DNA of 63,519 bases, counting the filler, from Chiloscyllium plagiosum (taxonomy: Eukaryota): NCBI RefSeq assembly GCF_004010195.1. It is 6 parts of one record of this genome, joined end to end, with 100 filler letters (N's around TTAATTAATTAA, not from the genome) between each part and the next. Parts side by side here need not be neighbours in the genome. Positions count along the whole stretch, not along the records: positions 36,628 to 50,844 come from NC_057710.1; 5 more parts are not named here. One strand, written 5' to 3'. The notes beneath the pieces are model-generated. The model was not told the DNA's origin. It saw nothing but the letters and a program-made list of their open reading frames with translations, and ran no database searches. The position numbers and the translations under genes are program-made. This document shows, in pieces, positions 38,471-50,478 of this stretch (within the stretch, counting starts at the first letter, position 1; each line of letters begins with the position of its first letter).

Positions 38471-38640
38471 AGTCCAAAAAAAAAGGAATGCCAGTTAACA
38501 AACTGGCTAAATAATTCAGCCAGTTCAGGAATCAGGTTTCCCCCTCCAAAAAAGAGAGAGAAGCAGAAACTAACAGTAACATACTGACTGTAGCACCAGC
38601 CAAAACAGATTCCATCCCCTAAACTGAGGAGGCTTAATCT

Positions 38641-39173
38641 CCTGTTTATTTTTTTTTAATTTTATTAAACAAATTACAAAACAGTTTACAAAAAACATTT
38701 ACAGCTGTACACAAGAGACAGCAATTTTACAAGGGAGAGGAGCAGCAAAGCCAGGCCCCAAACCCTACCATTCAACCATTTTACAGGGAGATGAGGACAA
38801 ACCTCAAATCCCAGTTTCACATATGACAAGACAGTGACAATGACATTTGTACATTAGACAATACAGACCTAGCAAGCCCCCATCCCTTCCACCTCACACC
38901 TGTTTATTTATTTTTTTTTCCTAGTGATATATATTTTATTAAACAAATTACAAAACAGTTTACAAAAAAACATTAACAGCTGTACACAAGAGACAGCAAT
39001 TTTACAAGGGAGAGGAGCAGCAAAGCCAGGCCCCAAACCCTATCGTTCAACCATTTTACAGGGAGATGAGGACAAACCTCAAATCCCAGTTTCACATATG
39101 ACAAGACAGTGACAATGACATTTGTACATTAGACAATACAGACCTAGCAAGCCCCCATCCCTTCCACCTCACA
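38641..39173 (-). mobile_element. Two tandem ~260-bp poly(A)-tailed retroelement 3' ends (L1/Tx1-like)
   Basis: Near-identical units, each with AATAAA plus A-tail on the minus strand, delimited by cctgtttat at 38641, 38899 and 39174. Confidence 0.7.
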
Positions 39174-39283
39174 CCTGTTTATATTTGTCAACCAGGGCTC
39201 CCTGATAATATCAGATTAACAGCCCCAATTAGAGTACTCATTTCTATGAGGTCCAGTTGGCTGAACTCATTATAATCACTACA
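39174..39283 (-). mobile_element. Gypsy-type LTR 5' half, truncated at its TATA box
   Basis: Minus strand TGTagtgatt...atcagggagccctggttgacaaaTATAAAcagg; homologous to 40925-40990. Confidence 0.65.
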
Positions 39284-40429
39284 GGGTTAGGATGGCTGGG
39301 CATGGGAAATGGATTAGGGTTGAGGGATGTGAGGGCTGAAGTCTGGTTTATTTTATTCCTTTTAACGTAGCAATGGGCTCTTGCCCCATCACTACCTAAA
39401 TGCCAGGAAAAGGTAAAAGCTGAACTGGGCACTAGGCAGGAGGACTGTCAGCCACCTTCCCTGTTGGGATTGCTGCTGCCCCTCTGGAGTGGTCTGTGGC
39501 AGATGTGGGGGCTGGGCTGGGCTGGGGAAGGCTCACTCACCTCTCAGGCCTCGCTTGTATGAGTCAGGTTAAGTCAACAATGAGACGTTTATTGCATTCC
39601 TGAACTATATGCAGATTACACAAGAACTTCCATGCCCCTGCCTAGACAGTGCATTTCCTTCTATCTCTCAGTGAGACAGTCCAAGTGACTGTCTGTGCAC
39701 CATCAGCAGACTCCTCCAGATAATAACCTTTCCAGCTGGTTATATAACATACAGCACTCTGCCAAGATGGCAGGGCCATGAGAAAACAACAGGCTCTCCA
39801 ACCCACACCTTCCTTCCAATCCTCCCTCACAACTGACACCAGCCCCACATTTCTTAAAGTGTTGAATGAAATCTTATACCTCTGAGAAAAGATGTTTTCA
39901 TTATCCCTTGCAGCTGATGTCACTGTTTTTCTAGCTGTACACATTGTGGAAGGTTTTAGTCATGGGCTGGAGGAGATCATCCCTTTGTCCTCTGACAGTA
40001 TCTGCACACCAGGAATTGGTGAAGTCATCAGGTTTTGGCAGCTTTGAGTGGGAACGTTTCTGCACCCAGTTCAGTGCAAGTGGTCGCAGTCAAAATTCCG
40101 GTTTCTGGGCCCTATGCTAGGAAGCAGAGAGCTTACTAAAAGTTGGGCACTATGTCCCTGAATAATAATGATGAGGTTGAAAGTACTGAAGCAACAAGCT
40201 GTCAATGGGAGTGAGCACTGGAGGTCAATGGGAGTGAGCACTGGAGGTCAAAGGTAGGAGAAAATCCACGCCAAATTATTGATGTCGGGGAGATGTAAAA
40301 ATGACATGGCGATAACCAATGTGATGAATAAATCTGAAAATATGATCAGGGTGTCTCTCAGGATTAGAGGTTTTTGTTGCTTGAGGTAGCAGGGAACACA
40401 ACAGTCAGGATTATTGCTGAGTCTGGTTG

Positions 40430-40762
40430 AGGTCTTTTTTTTCACATCAGGGGAGTCCAGAACTAGAGGGCATGGGTTTAGGATGAGAGGGGTAAGATAT
40501 AAAAGGGACCTAACGCGCAACATTTTCACGCAGAGAGTGGTGCATGTATGGAATGAACTGCCAGAAGATGTGGTGAAGGCTGGTACATTAACAATATTTA
40601 AATGGCATCTGGATGGGTACATGAATAGGAAGGGTTTAGAGGTATATAGGCCAAGTGTTGATAAAAGGAATTAGATTAGGTTAGGATACCTGGTCTGCAT
40701 AGACAAGTTAGACCGAAGGGTCTGTTTCCGTGCCATACATCTCCATGACTCTATGAGTCTGT
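40430..40762 (+). mobile_element. CR1 3' end
   Basis: GESRTRGHGFR...FTQRVVHVWNELPE; atgactctatgagt tail. Confidence 0.9.
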
Positions 40763-40924
40763 GAGCAGGGAAGCCTTTAGAGATGGTGGACATGTCCCAA
40801 TTCTGGGGTTCCAAATCTCATTCCCCTGGAAGGGTGCAGGCTGATTCAACTCATGGGCACTCTTAAGCGGGCAGGGTCATTGGAGAGATAGGCATAATCC
40901 TCCATAATCTTCACAGAGTCAGGT

Positions 40925-41116
40925 TCTATGAGTTCCCTTACTGGGGCAGTTAGCCTGATCCAAACAGGGAGCACTGACTGAAGATAAAATGGGGAATACC
41001 AGAGATTGTGGCACTCTAACCACTGACTGAAGAGGCAGTATGAGAGTCAAGGACTGTTCGTGTGTAAATAAAGGGTGGCTTGGTGACAGGATACCAGCCT
41101 CTGTGCAATTATTTCA
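40925..41116 (+). mobile_element. Gypsy-type solo LTR (5' eroded)
   Basis: Homology to 39174-39283; AATAAA near 41068; ends ttatttCA. Confidence 0.6.
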
Positions 41117-41295
41117 ACATCCTCACACCTAACTGCATGTAGCTACTGGAATGAATAGGTAAGCCATACTGCAAGCCTAATTAATGACCATAAATTGATT
41201 GTCATTTTATTTCATCTTATTTCATCTTAGGCTTGTTTGGTAAGTGTTGAGGGTGTGGGCATCACAGCGGGACGGGCAGTGTCCAAGGAGTGCGG

Positions 41296-41377
41296 GAGTC
41301 GACATTTAAGGCAGAAGCCCTTCATCAGGAATTCCTGGTGGGGATGGTTTTGCCCAGGGCATCAATTCCCCTGCTCC
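41296..41377. mobile_element. Degenerate palindromic mini-PLE
   Basis: gtcgacatttaaggcagaagcccttcatcagg-aatt-cctggtgggg...: opposed decayed hammerheads. Confidence 0.55.
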
Positions 41378-41925
41378 TTTTTTTTATTTCAAAATATACT
41401 TTATTCATAGAAATAAATCTTTGGTACTTGTACAATTTGTCATGTCGTTCATAGATATATACATTGCATGTCTTAACATTACAAAGAACAGATTGAATTA
41501 CTCTAATTTACAGTTATCCTATTTACAGTTCCCTTTATTAACCATCCAGTCTCTTATTATTTAGCTGTGGCTTCAGCAGAACCCACCTACTGAGTGGGTG
41601 CCCTGTTATACTATAGCAAATGAACCTTTTTTAATCCCAGTTTATGGGGTTACCGTTGTCCATTTGACTGTCCTGTCTCTGGGGAAGCTGTCTGCATCCC
41701 CATGGTGAGCACGAACTGCTGGACCCTCGCTGGGCTGAGGCTATCCAGGCTCTCACTGTGGTCACTTACCTGCTCTGGAGTCATTGAGCCAAGGCAAGGG
41801 TCCGCACCATCCAGTTCTGTGTCTGACAATAGGACTGTCAGAGGATCGCAGCTCTCAGTTGTCTGTAGTTGTGGGGTAGTGGGTACCCCCTGGTTCTCAC
41901 TGGATGGAGGGTGGACTTCGGGGGG
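41378..41925 (-). mobile_element. Internally deleted Tx1 element (ORF1 end fused to 3' UTR)
   Basis: LSPARVQQFVLTMGM* homologous to 62100-62150; 3' end tgaataaagtatattttgaaat(A)n as at 52845 and 63291. Confidence 0.75.
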
Positions 41926-42126
41926 TGCCAGAGGAAGTGGTGGAGGCTGGTACAATTGCAGCATTTAAAAAGCATCTGGATGGGTATGTGAATAGGAAGG
42001 GTTTGGAGGGATATGGGCCGGGTGCTGGCAGGTGGGACTAGATTGGGTTGAGTATCTGGTCGGCATGGACAGGTTGGACCGAAGGGTCTGATTCAGTGCT
42101 GTACAACTCTATGACTCTATGACTCG
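41926..42126 (+). mobile_element. CR1 3' end
   Basis: tgccagaggaagtggtggaggctggtac...(atgactct)n. Confidence 0.9.
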
Positions 42127-42893
42127 ATGACAGGTGGGTGTCAGCACAGCAGATGTGTTGTGAATCATAGTCTGCAGGACGGAACTGTGTTTCAATATAA
42201 GTTCGAAAGGTTGACGTCATGCCTCCTATCCCAGTCTGTGGCACTTGCCTGGCCACTGACCTTGTCTATACTGGATGGAAACAATAACAGGATGGATAAA
42301 AAAAATCCTCAAAACTTTTTCATTGTGAATAAAAAAAAAGTTGTGTTTCCAAACTGGCAACACTGATGTCAATCACCTAGAAACTTTAAAGCATGAGTAA
42401 CTGAACCTACAAGCACTTGGAACCTCTTAAATCAGACCCGCAAGCCTGCTCTACCATCCAATAGAGTGGTCTTCTTCCATCTTAAAAATATTAAATGAAT
42501 TCTTGAATTTGCTTGAATTAATGAGGTGAAGAATGGAAGTTATAGCAAGTCATGGAGGACTGGGTGTCATGAATCCCACTCGACAAAACACTCAAACTGA
42601 AACTGGGAAAACTCTGGCCGAAATCCTGCATGAGTCAGACCCTCGGGAGAGGAGACAGGACATACAGAATTCAAATCAGAAGCAGAGACCTAGACTGTGA
42701 ATGAGGCAGGCAGGATGATCGAGGAGGTGGAAAAGCCTCATCCTTTGTAATTGTCCACCAGGTTCAATGTTCTTCCAGCCTGTGTGGTTGAAAGTGTAAT
42801 TTCACAATGAAGGAGTGAATTGACTCTGGAAGCTATTCATGTGCGCTTGCTCATTTCCAGTTTTCATCAAGTAAACCTCCTCTGAACCATCTC

Positions 42894-43097
42894 CTGATTT
42901 GGTGATGCCGGTGTTGGACTGGGGTGTACAAAGTTAAAAATCACACAACACCAGGTTATAGTCTAACAGGTTTAATTGGAAGCACACTAGCTTTCGGAGC
43001 GTCGCTTCTTTACCTGATGAAGGAGCAGCGCTCCGAAAGCTAGTACTTCCAATTAAACCTGTTGGACTATAACCAGGTGTTGTGTGATTTTTAACTT
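42894..43097. mobile_element. Palindromic mini-PLE (AGCT-hammerhead family)
   Basis: Inverted arms ~42929-43010/43014-43099; TSD tgaaccatctc at 42883-42893 and 43098-43108. Confidence 0.88.
43014..43042 (+). ncRNA. Minimal hammerhead ribozyme core, intact
   Basis: CTGATGA-A-GGAGC-AGC-GCTCC-GAAA-GCTA; flanking tac/gta can form stem I. Confidence 0.75.
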
Positions 43098-43799
43098 TGA
43101 ACCATCTCAATTTATTTCACAAATAAGGAGACCAAAACTGCCCCCAGCATTCAAGATGTGGTCTCACCAGTGACCTGTATTACTGATGTATAACATCCTT
43201 ACTTTTATGTTTAATTCCTCTCATTATAAAGGATAATATCTCATTAGCTTTCCTGATTATGCGCTGTTATTGCACACTGATGTTTTGTAATTCTGAACCT
43301 TGGTCAAAGGGATCAATATGATAAGGTTTTTGAAGATGGAGACATGTTGTGGGAGCTCTAAAGAGTCAGACCAAGATGGCTGAGGCTGAGCCACCAGTGG
43401 CATAGCAAAGGAAACAGGATGGACTAATGGACAGAACCAGAGGAGTGAAGCGTTTGGGAAGGATATAAGGCTTAGAGGAGATATAGAAGGTATAAGGCTT
43501 GGAAAAGATTGCAGAGATCGGAAGACACAAGGTAATAGATGAGCACAATTACATTAAACTGAATGCATCAAGAGCTAGGATAATGTTTTAGTGCAGAGGA
43601 TGATATGGCAAGCTTTTGGGAGACGAGGAGTTCAGACAAACTGAAGGCACATGTTATTTGAATTGATTAGGCAATTGTCAAGACATGGACCTGACATACT
43701 TGGCATCGCAGCACTGAAATACATATACAACACTGCTGAGGTCTTTGGTCAGCTGAACATCTTTTTTAATGAAAGCCAGTTGTGTCAGACCTCGTCGAA

Positions 43800-43883
43800 C
43801 AGTGTGGTGCTGGAAAAGCACAGCTGGCCAGGCAGCATCGAGGAGCAGGGCAGTCGATGATTCGAGTATAAGCTCTTCATCGG
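43800..43883 (-). mobile_element. PLE terminus with decayed hammerhead
   Basis: gtgctggaaaagcacagc...ttcgagtataagctcttcatcgg. Confidence 0.7.
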
Positions 43884-44661
43884 TCCTGTCAGTTGTAAAT
43901 GTCACTCACATGGGCACTGCATTTAGCACCATAAAGCAGCTTGCAAAGTTCATTATTCAAACTTTTGAAGTGCCTTTCCTTTCTAGAAATATGGCCAATT
44001 TGTGAATTTCTGGGATATACAGTGAACAAATTATTTTACCAAGATTGCCACTGAATGTACAAGATAACCTTGAGGTGTTCCATTTCTGTGTCAAACCTGT
44101 AAGTTGAGGAAAAGGCAAGGACCCTCCCTGATAGTGCCAATCTAATAGCATTGGAGCTGTAAAAATTCCAACTTTAATTAGTTATAATCGGCAGAGTATA
44201 GATTTTAGTCAAGCAGCCCACAGTTGCAAAACTCAAAACAAAATGTCCAATATGATTCTATAATTGGTCAGAACTTTCTGAACAATACTAAGTGTGACAA
44301 TAACAAAAGTAATAAGTTGAGATAATTAGACAAGGTAATAGTCTGCTCACTTATGTTTGCCAGGGGTGATTAATATTCATACAGAAGTACACATTCTCTG
44401 CAAACAAAATGTTCCAGCCTTGCCCCTTTTTTGAATTATCCAGGACCATGGAAATCAATAGTTCCCCATTGCTTTCTCCATGCTAATAGATATGCTAATC
44501 AGAGTTGATTTACCAACCAGATAGCACCCTTTTCTCCTGTGGTATACATTGTTATGATCGTTTGAAATTTGGCCAAGTGAGTGCAAGTCAAAACATTTCA
44601 GCAAGTTCTCTCTTTTTTCAGCAATGTTAAAGCTGGGGTTAATAGAGGATTGCTGCCAGCA

Positions 44662-44890
44662 AGGAGCATGGTAGCATGGCTGAGCGGTCTAAGGTGCTCC
44701 GATTTCCTCCCACAGTCCAAAGATGTGCATGTTAGGTGAGTTAGCCATGCAAAATTGCCAATAGTGTCATTAGTCAGGGGGTAAATGTAGAGTGGTAGGC
44801 GATTGGCTCTGGGTGGGTTACTCTTCGGAGGGTTCGTGTGGATTTGGTGGGCCAAATGGCCTTTTTTCCACATTATAGGGATTCTAACCA
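44662..44890 (+). mobile_element. HE1/V-SINE with internal deletion
   Basis: tggctgagcgg A-box; ctcccacagtccaaagatgtgc; gggtgggttactcttcggaggg. Confidence 0.85.
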
Positions 44891-45187
44891 TGGAAGGAAT
44901 ATCAACTGTGTAACAAGCCACACATCTTTAAGGGACTACTTCTAGTGTTTGATATTTACATTTCCTGCATATCTCCTGTAAGCTCTACAGTGCTACATAG
45001 TCATGCATCCATGTTGTTCCTCACTCTTAATCTTCTCTTGCTAATTTACACTATTGCACTAAGTATTCGCATTGAAATGACAAGGTGCTTCAGCGGTAGA
45101 GAGGCTGAAGTCGTGTAAAGTCAACACGCCTTCAAAGCTGCAAGTTTTGGATAATAGATGAACAGTGAAAAATAAAAGACTTTGAAG

Positions 45188-45585
45188 ACTTGTATTTCTA
45201 TAGAACCTTTTCACAAACTGAGAATGACCCAGTGTGATACACAACCAAAGAATACTCCAAAACTGTTGTTACTATTGTAATGTGGGAAACACAGCAGTCA
45301 ATTTATACATGCAATGTGATATTGGCCTGATAAACTGTTTTAATGATTTAGCCTCAAAAGATAAACATTAGCTGAGTCATCAGGAAGGTCTGCCCTGTGC
45401 CTCTTTACAATAATGTCATGTGCTCCTTTACATCTATTTCCTAACTGATATGGACGTGGTCAAGGTTTAATGTCTCATTCACAAGATAACACCTGAATTA
45501 GTACACCTCCTTCCTCAGGGATGCACTGGAATGTCAGCGAATATTTTCTGCTCAGTTCTCCGGATCTGCAGTTTAATTCACAGCT
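45188..45585 (-). mobile_element. DeuSINE-like element
   Basis: ttgtaatgtgggaaacacagcagtcaatt...ggtttaatgtctcattcacaaga...tgcactggaatgtcagc. Confidence 0.65.
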
Positions 45586-46631
45586 GAAGTTGGGCATTAA
45601 AATAGCAAACAGTCTGTTTCAACTTGAGGAAATGTTTGGGTGTTGGTGATGAGCATGTGGATGAGGTACAGGGCTTCATCTGATTGAACATTTCCAAAAC
45701 AAACACTACTCCAAAACGCTGTGAAACTGTAGTGTTTATAAAGGATTGATTCCCTCTCCACTATCTTCTACAACACACAGATCAGTGTCCTAATCTGAGA
45801 GACTCCACATTAAAATTGATCAATTGCAACAAAGAGTTACTTGAATCAATAAACTTTAGTGCAATTAGATTGCTATGTTATCCATAAGTATCCATGAGAC
45901 TATTATTCTCAACCTATGTGGTACAGATATTGAATAATGTATTCTGTACATTTTGCAGTACATAATATATAAATACATGATTATTACCTTGGGCATTTCT
46001 GTAAAGATCCAATGCAATGATTTAACGGGGGGGTGTTAGGTCAATAGAAGGAGATTGTAATACAACATGTTGTGGCAAGAAAACAGTAGAGACTGCTTCA
46101 CAGCTGTGGTCAAATACTGTGTATTTGGAAGGACGTCAGATTTTCCATTATATGCGCTCCAATTTAACTCCCTATTACTGCTTTCTGCCAAATGTGATCA
46201 TGGACTATTCATTAAAACAGTCAAATGGCAATTTCACCAAAGTGTAAAGGTCTTGTTTTACAGTGCAGCTTCATTGCTGGACAAAAATTTAATAGATGGT
46301 TAAGATCCCAATTAATTATCATGGAAAGGATCCTTCTGGCTGGTCAAATTGGATCATCTGCCAAAACCATGTCACCTATTAATCAGCAGAAAATATAACT
46401 CATAATTTAAAAGAATGAAAAGTTAATGTATTCAGGATATTATGATTACTATCAATCACTTGTCATGAATTAGAACTACATCAGGTTAAATATTCTTCAG
46501 AGGTTTTGATAGTCTCTTATTATAACTCTAGATACCAGAAAACACCTCAGGGAACAACAGGAATACTTAAAAGATAGTGAAGTGCTTTGGCATGACTGAA
46601 GGTTACAAAATGTGCTATATAAATGCAAGTA

Positions 46632-46952
46632 TTGATTGATTGGTTGATTTATTGTCACATGTACCAAAATACAGTGAAATGCTTTGTTTACGAGCAGTAC
46701 AGGCAGATCATAGTAAGCAAGGATGTACAGATCAGAGGTTGTAAAAAGAGTTAGACAGAGGCATACTGGTTACATTGCATAGGGCGTGTGCTAGGTAAGG
46801 TCAACATCAGCAAGGTCAAGATTATTTGAGGCTAAAGTGTCCATTCATCAGTCTAATAACAGCCGGGAAGAAGCTGTTCGTAAACCTGCTGGTGCGTGTG
46901 TTCAGGCTTCTGTATCTTCTGCCTGATAGAAGAGGTTGTAGGAGAGCATTAT
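46632..46952 (-). mobile_element. Rex1/Babar LINE 3' end
   Basis: Minus strand LLSGRRYRSLNTRTSRFTNSFFPA and tail gtacatgtgacaataaa(tcaa)n. Confidence 0.75.
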
Positions 46953-48189
46953 TTCTTGACACAGCAAGTGAAAAGGAAATCAGAGGAGATATTTGATTAA
47001 CTAAATTCTGATGAATTAATTAATCAGATAGTAACTCTTGGCATGGTCAATATCTTCAGTTTTTTATCACAATGCACTGAAAGGCTTAATCTGCTGGCTT
47101 CACATTGGAAAGCTAAAGTTTTCCCTTTAGCTGTATTAATGGTTAATGTAGCTGTGATTTTCCAGTATGTCTATCAGTGGAGAAGATTCCACACTGACAG
47201 CGCAAAGTTGAAACGCTCGGTGTTATGCACCAAATAGCGCAGCTTTGCAATTTAAAAGAAATCATAGCAGAATGCAGCAATCCATTTTATCCAATATCTA
47301 TATACTCAGGCCTCTACTGTTCAACCTTATACTATTAACCCTTGCTTACCCTCAACACAAGCACTATGTCCAATGAAGCATTTAATCATTTTAATCTACA
47401 GCCAGAACTTCCCATCCACGATAATCACAAACATTTGTTTGAAATGAAGGATCTCATTTGACCCAGCTATATCATTCTTTTCTAAAGAAACCTGAATTGC
47501 TTCTTTAGGGGTTTAATTGGCACAGTATTGGCAAGTGCCTTTTAACATAATATTGGCTTTGGGTGGGAATCTCTGCCATTTTGTCCACGATCCAGAGGGA
47601 TGGTGAGCTGCTTCCTTGATAATTGAATTAACAGAATGGTACTCACATGGAATATTATCCATTGGCTCCTTTTTCAATGAAGGACAAGTATTGTTTGGCT
47701 GGAGGAAAATAAATTCACAACTAGGCTGTCCTGTAGTTTTACAGAACAAAAGGAAAACATTACGCAGTAATGCTGTAGCATTCCTATCCTAATTCCTACC
47801 GTGTTTCAATCAGGTCACATCTAATTCTTATAAGCTCCATGAGTTATATATCTATTCCTCATAATAGGATAATTTTCTCATTGCAGGAATTAGACCAGCA
47901 AACCTTTCATGAAGTCCTTCTTAGGAAATCTGTCCTTCACAAGCTAAGTCAATCAGAACTGCTGACAGTGTCCTAAGACGTGGCCTCACGTTTTATGATA
48001 AAACTGCTTTACTTTCACCTTTAAAGTCATTCGAGGGATGTAGCAGCATTTATTGCCCCTGCTTAGTTGTCCTTGAGAAGACGGTGGTGTTTTGCCGCCT
48101 TGAACTCTGACAGTCCCATTTGGTGCAGATAGACAGACAATACCATTGGGATTGGAGTTTCCAATTTTGACTGAAGGAATGCTGATATA

Positions 48190-48583
48190 TGGTATGTTTG
48201 CTCTTATTGGTCAGAGAATTGAGTACAAGAGTCAGGATGTCAGGTTGCAGCTGACAGGTTGGACCAAAGGGTCTGTTTCCATGCTGTACATCTCTATGAC
48301 TTTATAAAACTTTGGTTAGGCCACACTTAGAGTAGTGCATTCAATTCTGGTCACCACATTACAGGAAGGATTTGGAGGCTTTGGAGGGTGCAGCAGAAAT
48401 TTACCAGGATGTTGCCTGGATTAGAGGGTATAGGCTGTAAGGAAAGACTAGAAAAACTCAAATTGTTTTCTCTGGAGGGATGACCCTGAGGGGAGACTTG
48501 ATCGAAGTCTATAAAATCATGAGATACATGAATAGGGTTCATGGTCAGAATCTTTTTCACAGAGTTGAAATGTCTAATACTAG
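48190..48583 (+). mobile_element. CR1 fragment
   Basis: ggccacacttagagtagtgcattcaattctggtcacc; ccaggatgttgcctggattagagg. Confidence 0.8.
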
Positions 48584-48909
48584 CTACCTTATTCTGAAAT
48601 TGTAACATGTCACTTGCTCTACCATCTTTTTTTACCTTCAATTTAATATCTAAATGCATGATTAATCAATTAATTGTTAAATAATCTCACTTCTCATGGC
48701 CGCTTACCATACCACCTTAAGCATTAGAAACGATGAACTTGACCAGTTCAGAATAAGGTGGTTCAAAGGGCCTCAACTCTACTAGATGATACTGTAATTC
48801 GAAAATATATTATAATATCATTAGCTTCTTTTCTGCTCAAGATTCTTAAATAATTATAGGCTAGGTAATATAGATTGTTAAATTAATTACATTTTTACTC
48901 AATTCACTC

Positions 48910-49410
48910 ATAGAGTCATCGAGATATACAGCATGGAAACAGACCCTTTGGAACACACTTGTGTTTGCTGACCAGATTTCCGAAATAAATCTAGCCCCAT
49001 TTGCCAGCATTTGGCCCATATCCCTTTAAATCTTTCCTATTCATGTACTTATCCTATTAAATGTTTAATTACACCAACCTCCACCACTTTCTCTGGCAGC
49101 TCATTCCATACATGCACCAGGTCCCTCAGGTTCCTTTTATATCTTTCCCCTCTCACCCTAAACCTATGCCCTCTCGTTCTGGACTCCCCCGCCCCAGGAA
49201 AAAGACTTTGTCTATTTATCCTATCCATGACACTCATGATTTTATAAATCTCCGACACTGCAGGGAAAACAGCCCTAGCCTATTCAGCCTCTCCCTTTAG
49301 CTCAAACCCCCAATCCTGGCCACATCCTTGTTAATCTTTTCTGAACCCTTTCAAGTTTCGTAACATCCTTCCTATAGCAGGGAAACCAGAATTGCACGCA
49401 GCATTCCAAC
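48910..49410 (-). mobile_element. CR1 3' end
   Basis: GESRTRGHRFRVRGERYK; atagagtcat tail. Confidence 0.9.
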
Positions 49411-49740
49411 ATTTTAAACAGAGCCCGTAACAGAAGTTACTCAGCAACTAACTGTCACATGATTTTCCTGTAGTCTCATTGTTTGATTTTCTTTTCAAAC
49501 CTGGAATAAATATCCTCCTGCCCTTTCTGTGTATCTCCCACAGCCCTGTTCCTTTCACCTTATAACTTTTCTTGGATGTCATTGTCTTCCTGCCCTGTCT
49601 CTATGGGCTTCTAACTAACTGGGTCGGAGTCCTTTCGCTTTTCATAAAGGGTAAAATTCACTGTTGGAAATGGGGAATGGTAAACCTTCACTCCTAAATC
49701 TTATTTATATAGAAATGGACAATAGATATAATGGTTCTTC

Positions 49741-50040
49741 TTAGATTAGATTCCCTACAGTGTGGAAATAGGCCCTTCGGCCCAACCAGTCCGAAGAGTA
49801 ACCCACCCAGACCCATTTCCCTCTGACTAATGCACCTAACACTATGGGCAATTTAGCATGGCCAATTCACCTGACCTGCACATCTTTGGACTGTGGGAGG
49901 AAACCAGAGCAGCCAGAGAAAACCCATGCAGACACGGGGAGACTGTGCACACTCCATACAGACAATTGCCTGAGGCAGGAATCAAACCTGGGACCCTGGT
50001 GCTGTGAGGCAATAGTGCTAACCACTGAGCCACCATGCCG
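49741..50040 (-). mobile_element. Near full-length HE1/V-SINE
   Basis: A box TGGCTCAGTGG, B box GGTTTGATTCC, V-domain, (aatct)n tail. Confidence 0.92.
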
Positions 50041-50097
50041 TAGACCTTGAATAATAATATGGGTTAGGATGATAAGCTTTCATTTCAGACATACATA

Positions 50098-50478
50098 GGA
50101 CATAAAATATACAACTGTACAACACAGGAACAGGCCGTTCGGCCTCATGATCTTGTGATGAAATGATACCAGATTAAACTAATCCTTTCTGTCTGCCCTA
50201 GTCCATATCCCTTCAGTCGTTGCATATTTATATGCTTATCTATGAATAAGCATATTAAATGCGCTACTGTATCTGCCTCTACCACTACCCTGGAAGCATA
50301 TTCCAGACTCCCACCACCCTCTGTGTAAAAGACTTGCCCCTCACATCTCCTTTGAACTTTCTCCCTCTAACCTTAAATGTGAACATAGTATTCTAAAAGT
50401 GGCCAATGTTAGTTACAGTCACAACTTGGCATCCCAACTTCTATACTCAACGCACTGACCAATGAAGGCAAGTGTAAT
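50098..50478 (-). mobile_element. CR1 3' end; continues at 52875-52990 beyond the Tx1 insertion
   Basis: ctgaccaatgaaggcaag | cccttcttcaccatcctgtcc is colinear with CR1 12464-12510. Confidence 0.75.

Noticed and set aside
49960..50040. A/B boxes as a tRNA gene
   Set aside because: Head of an HE1/V-SINE followed by the V-domain; not a standalone tRNA gene
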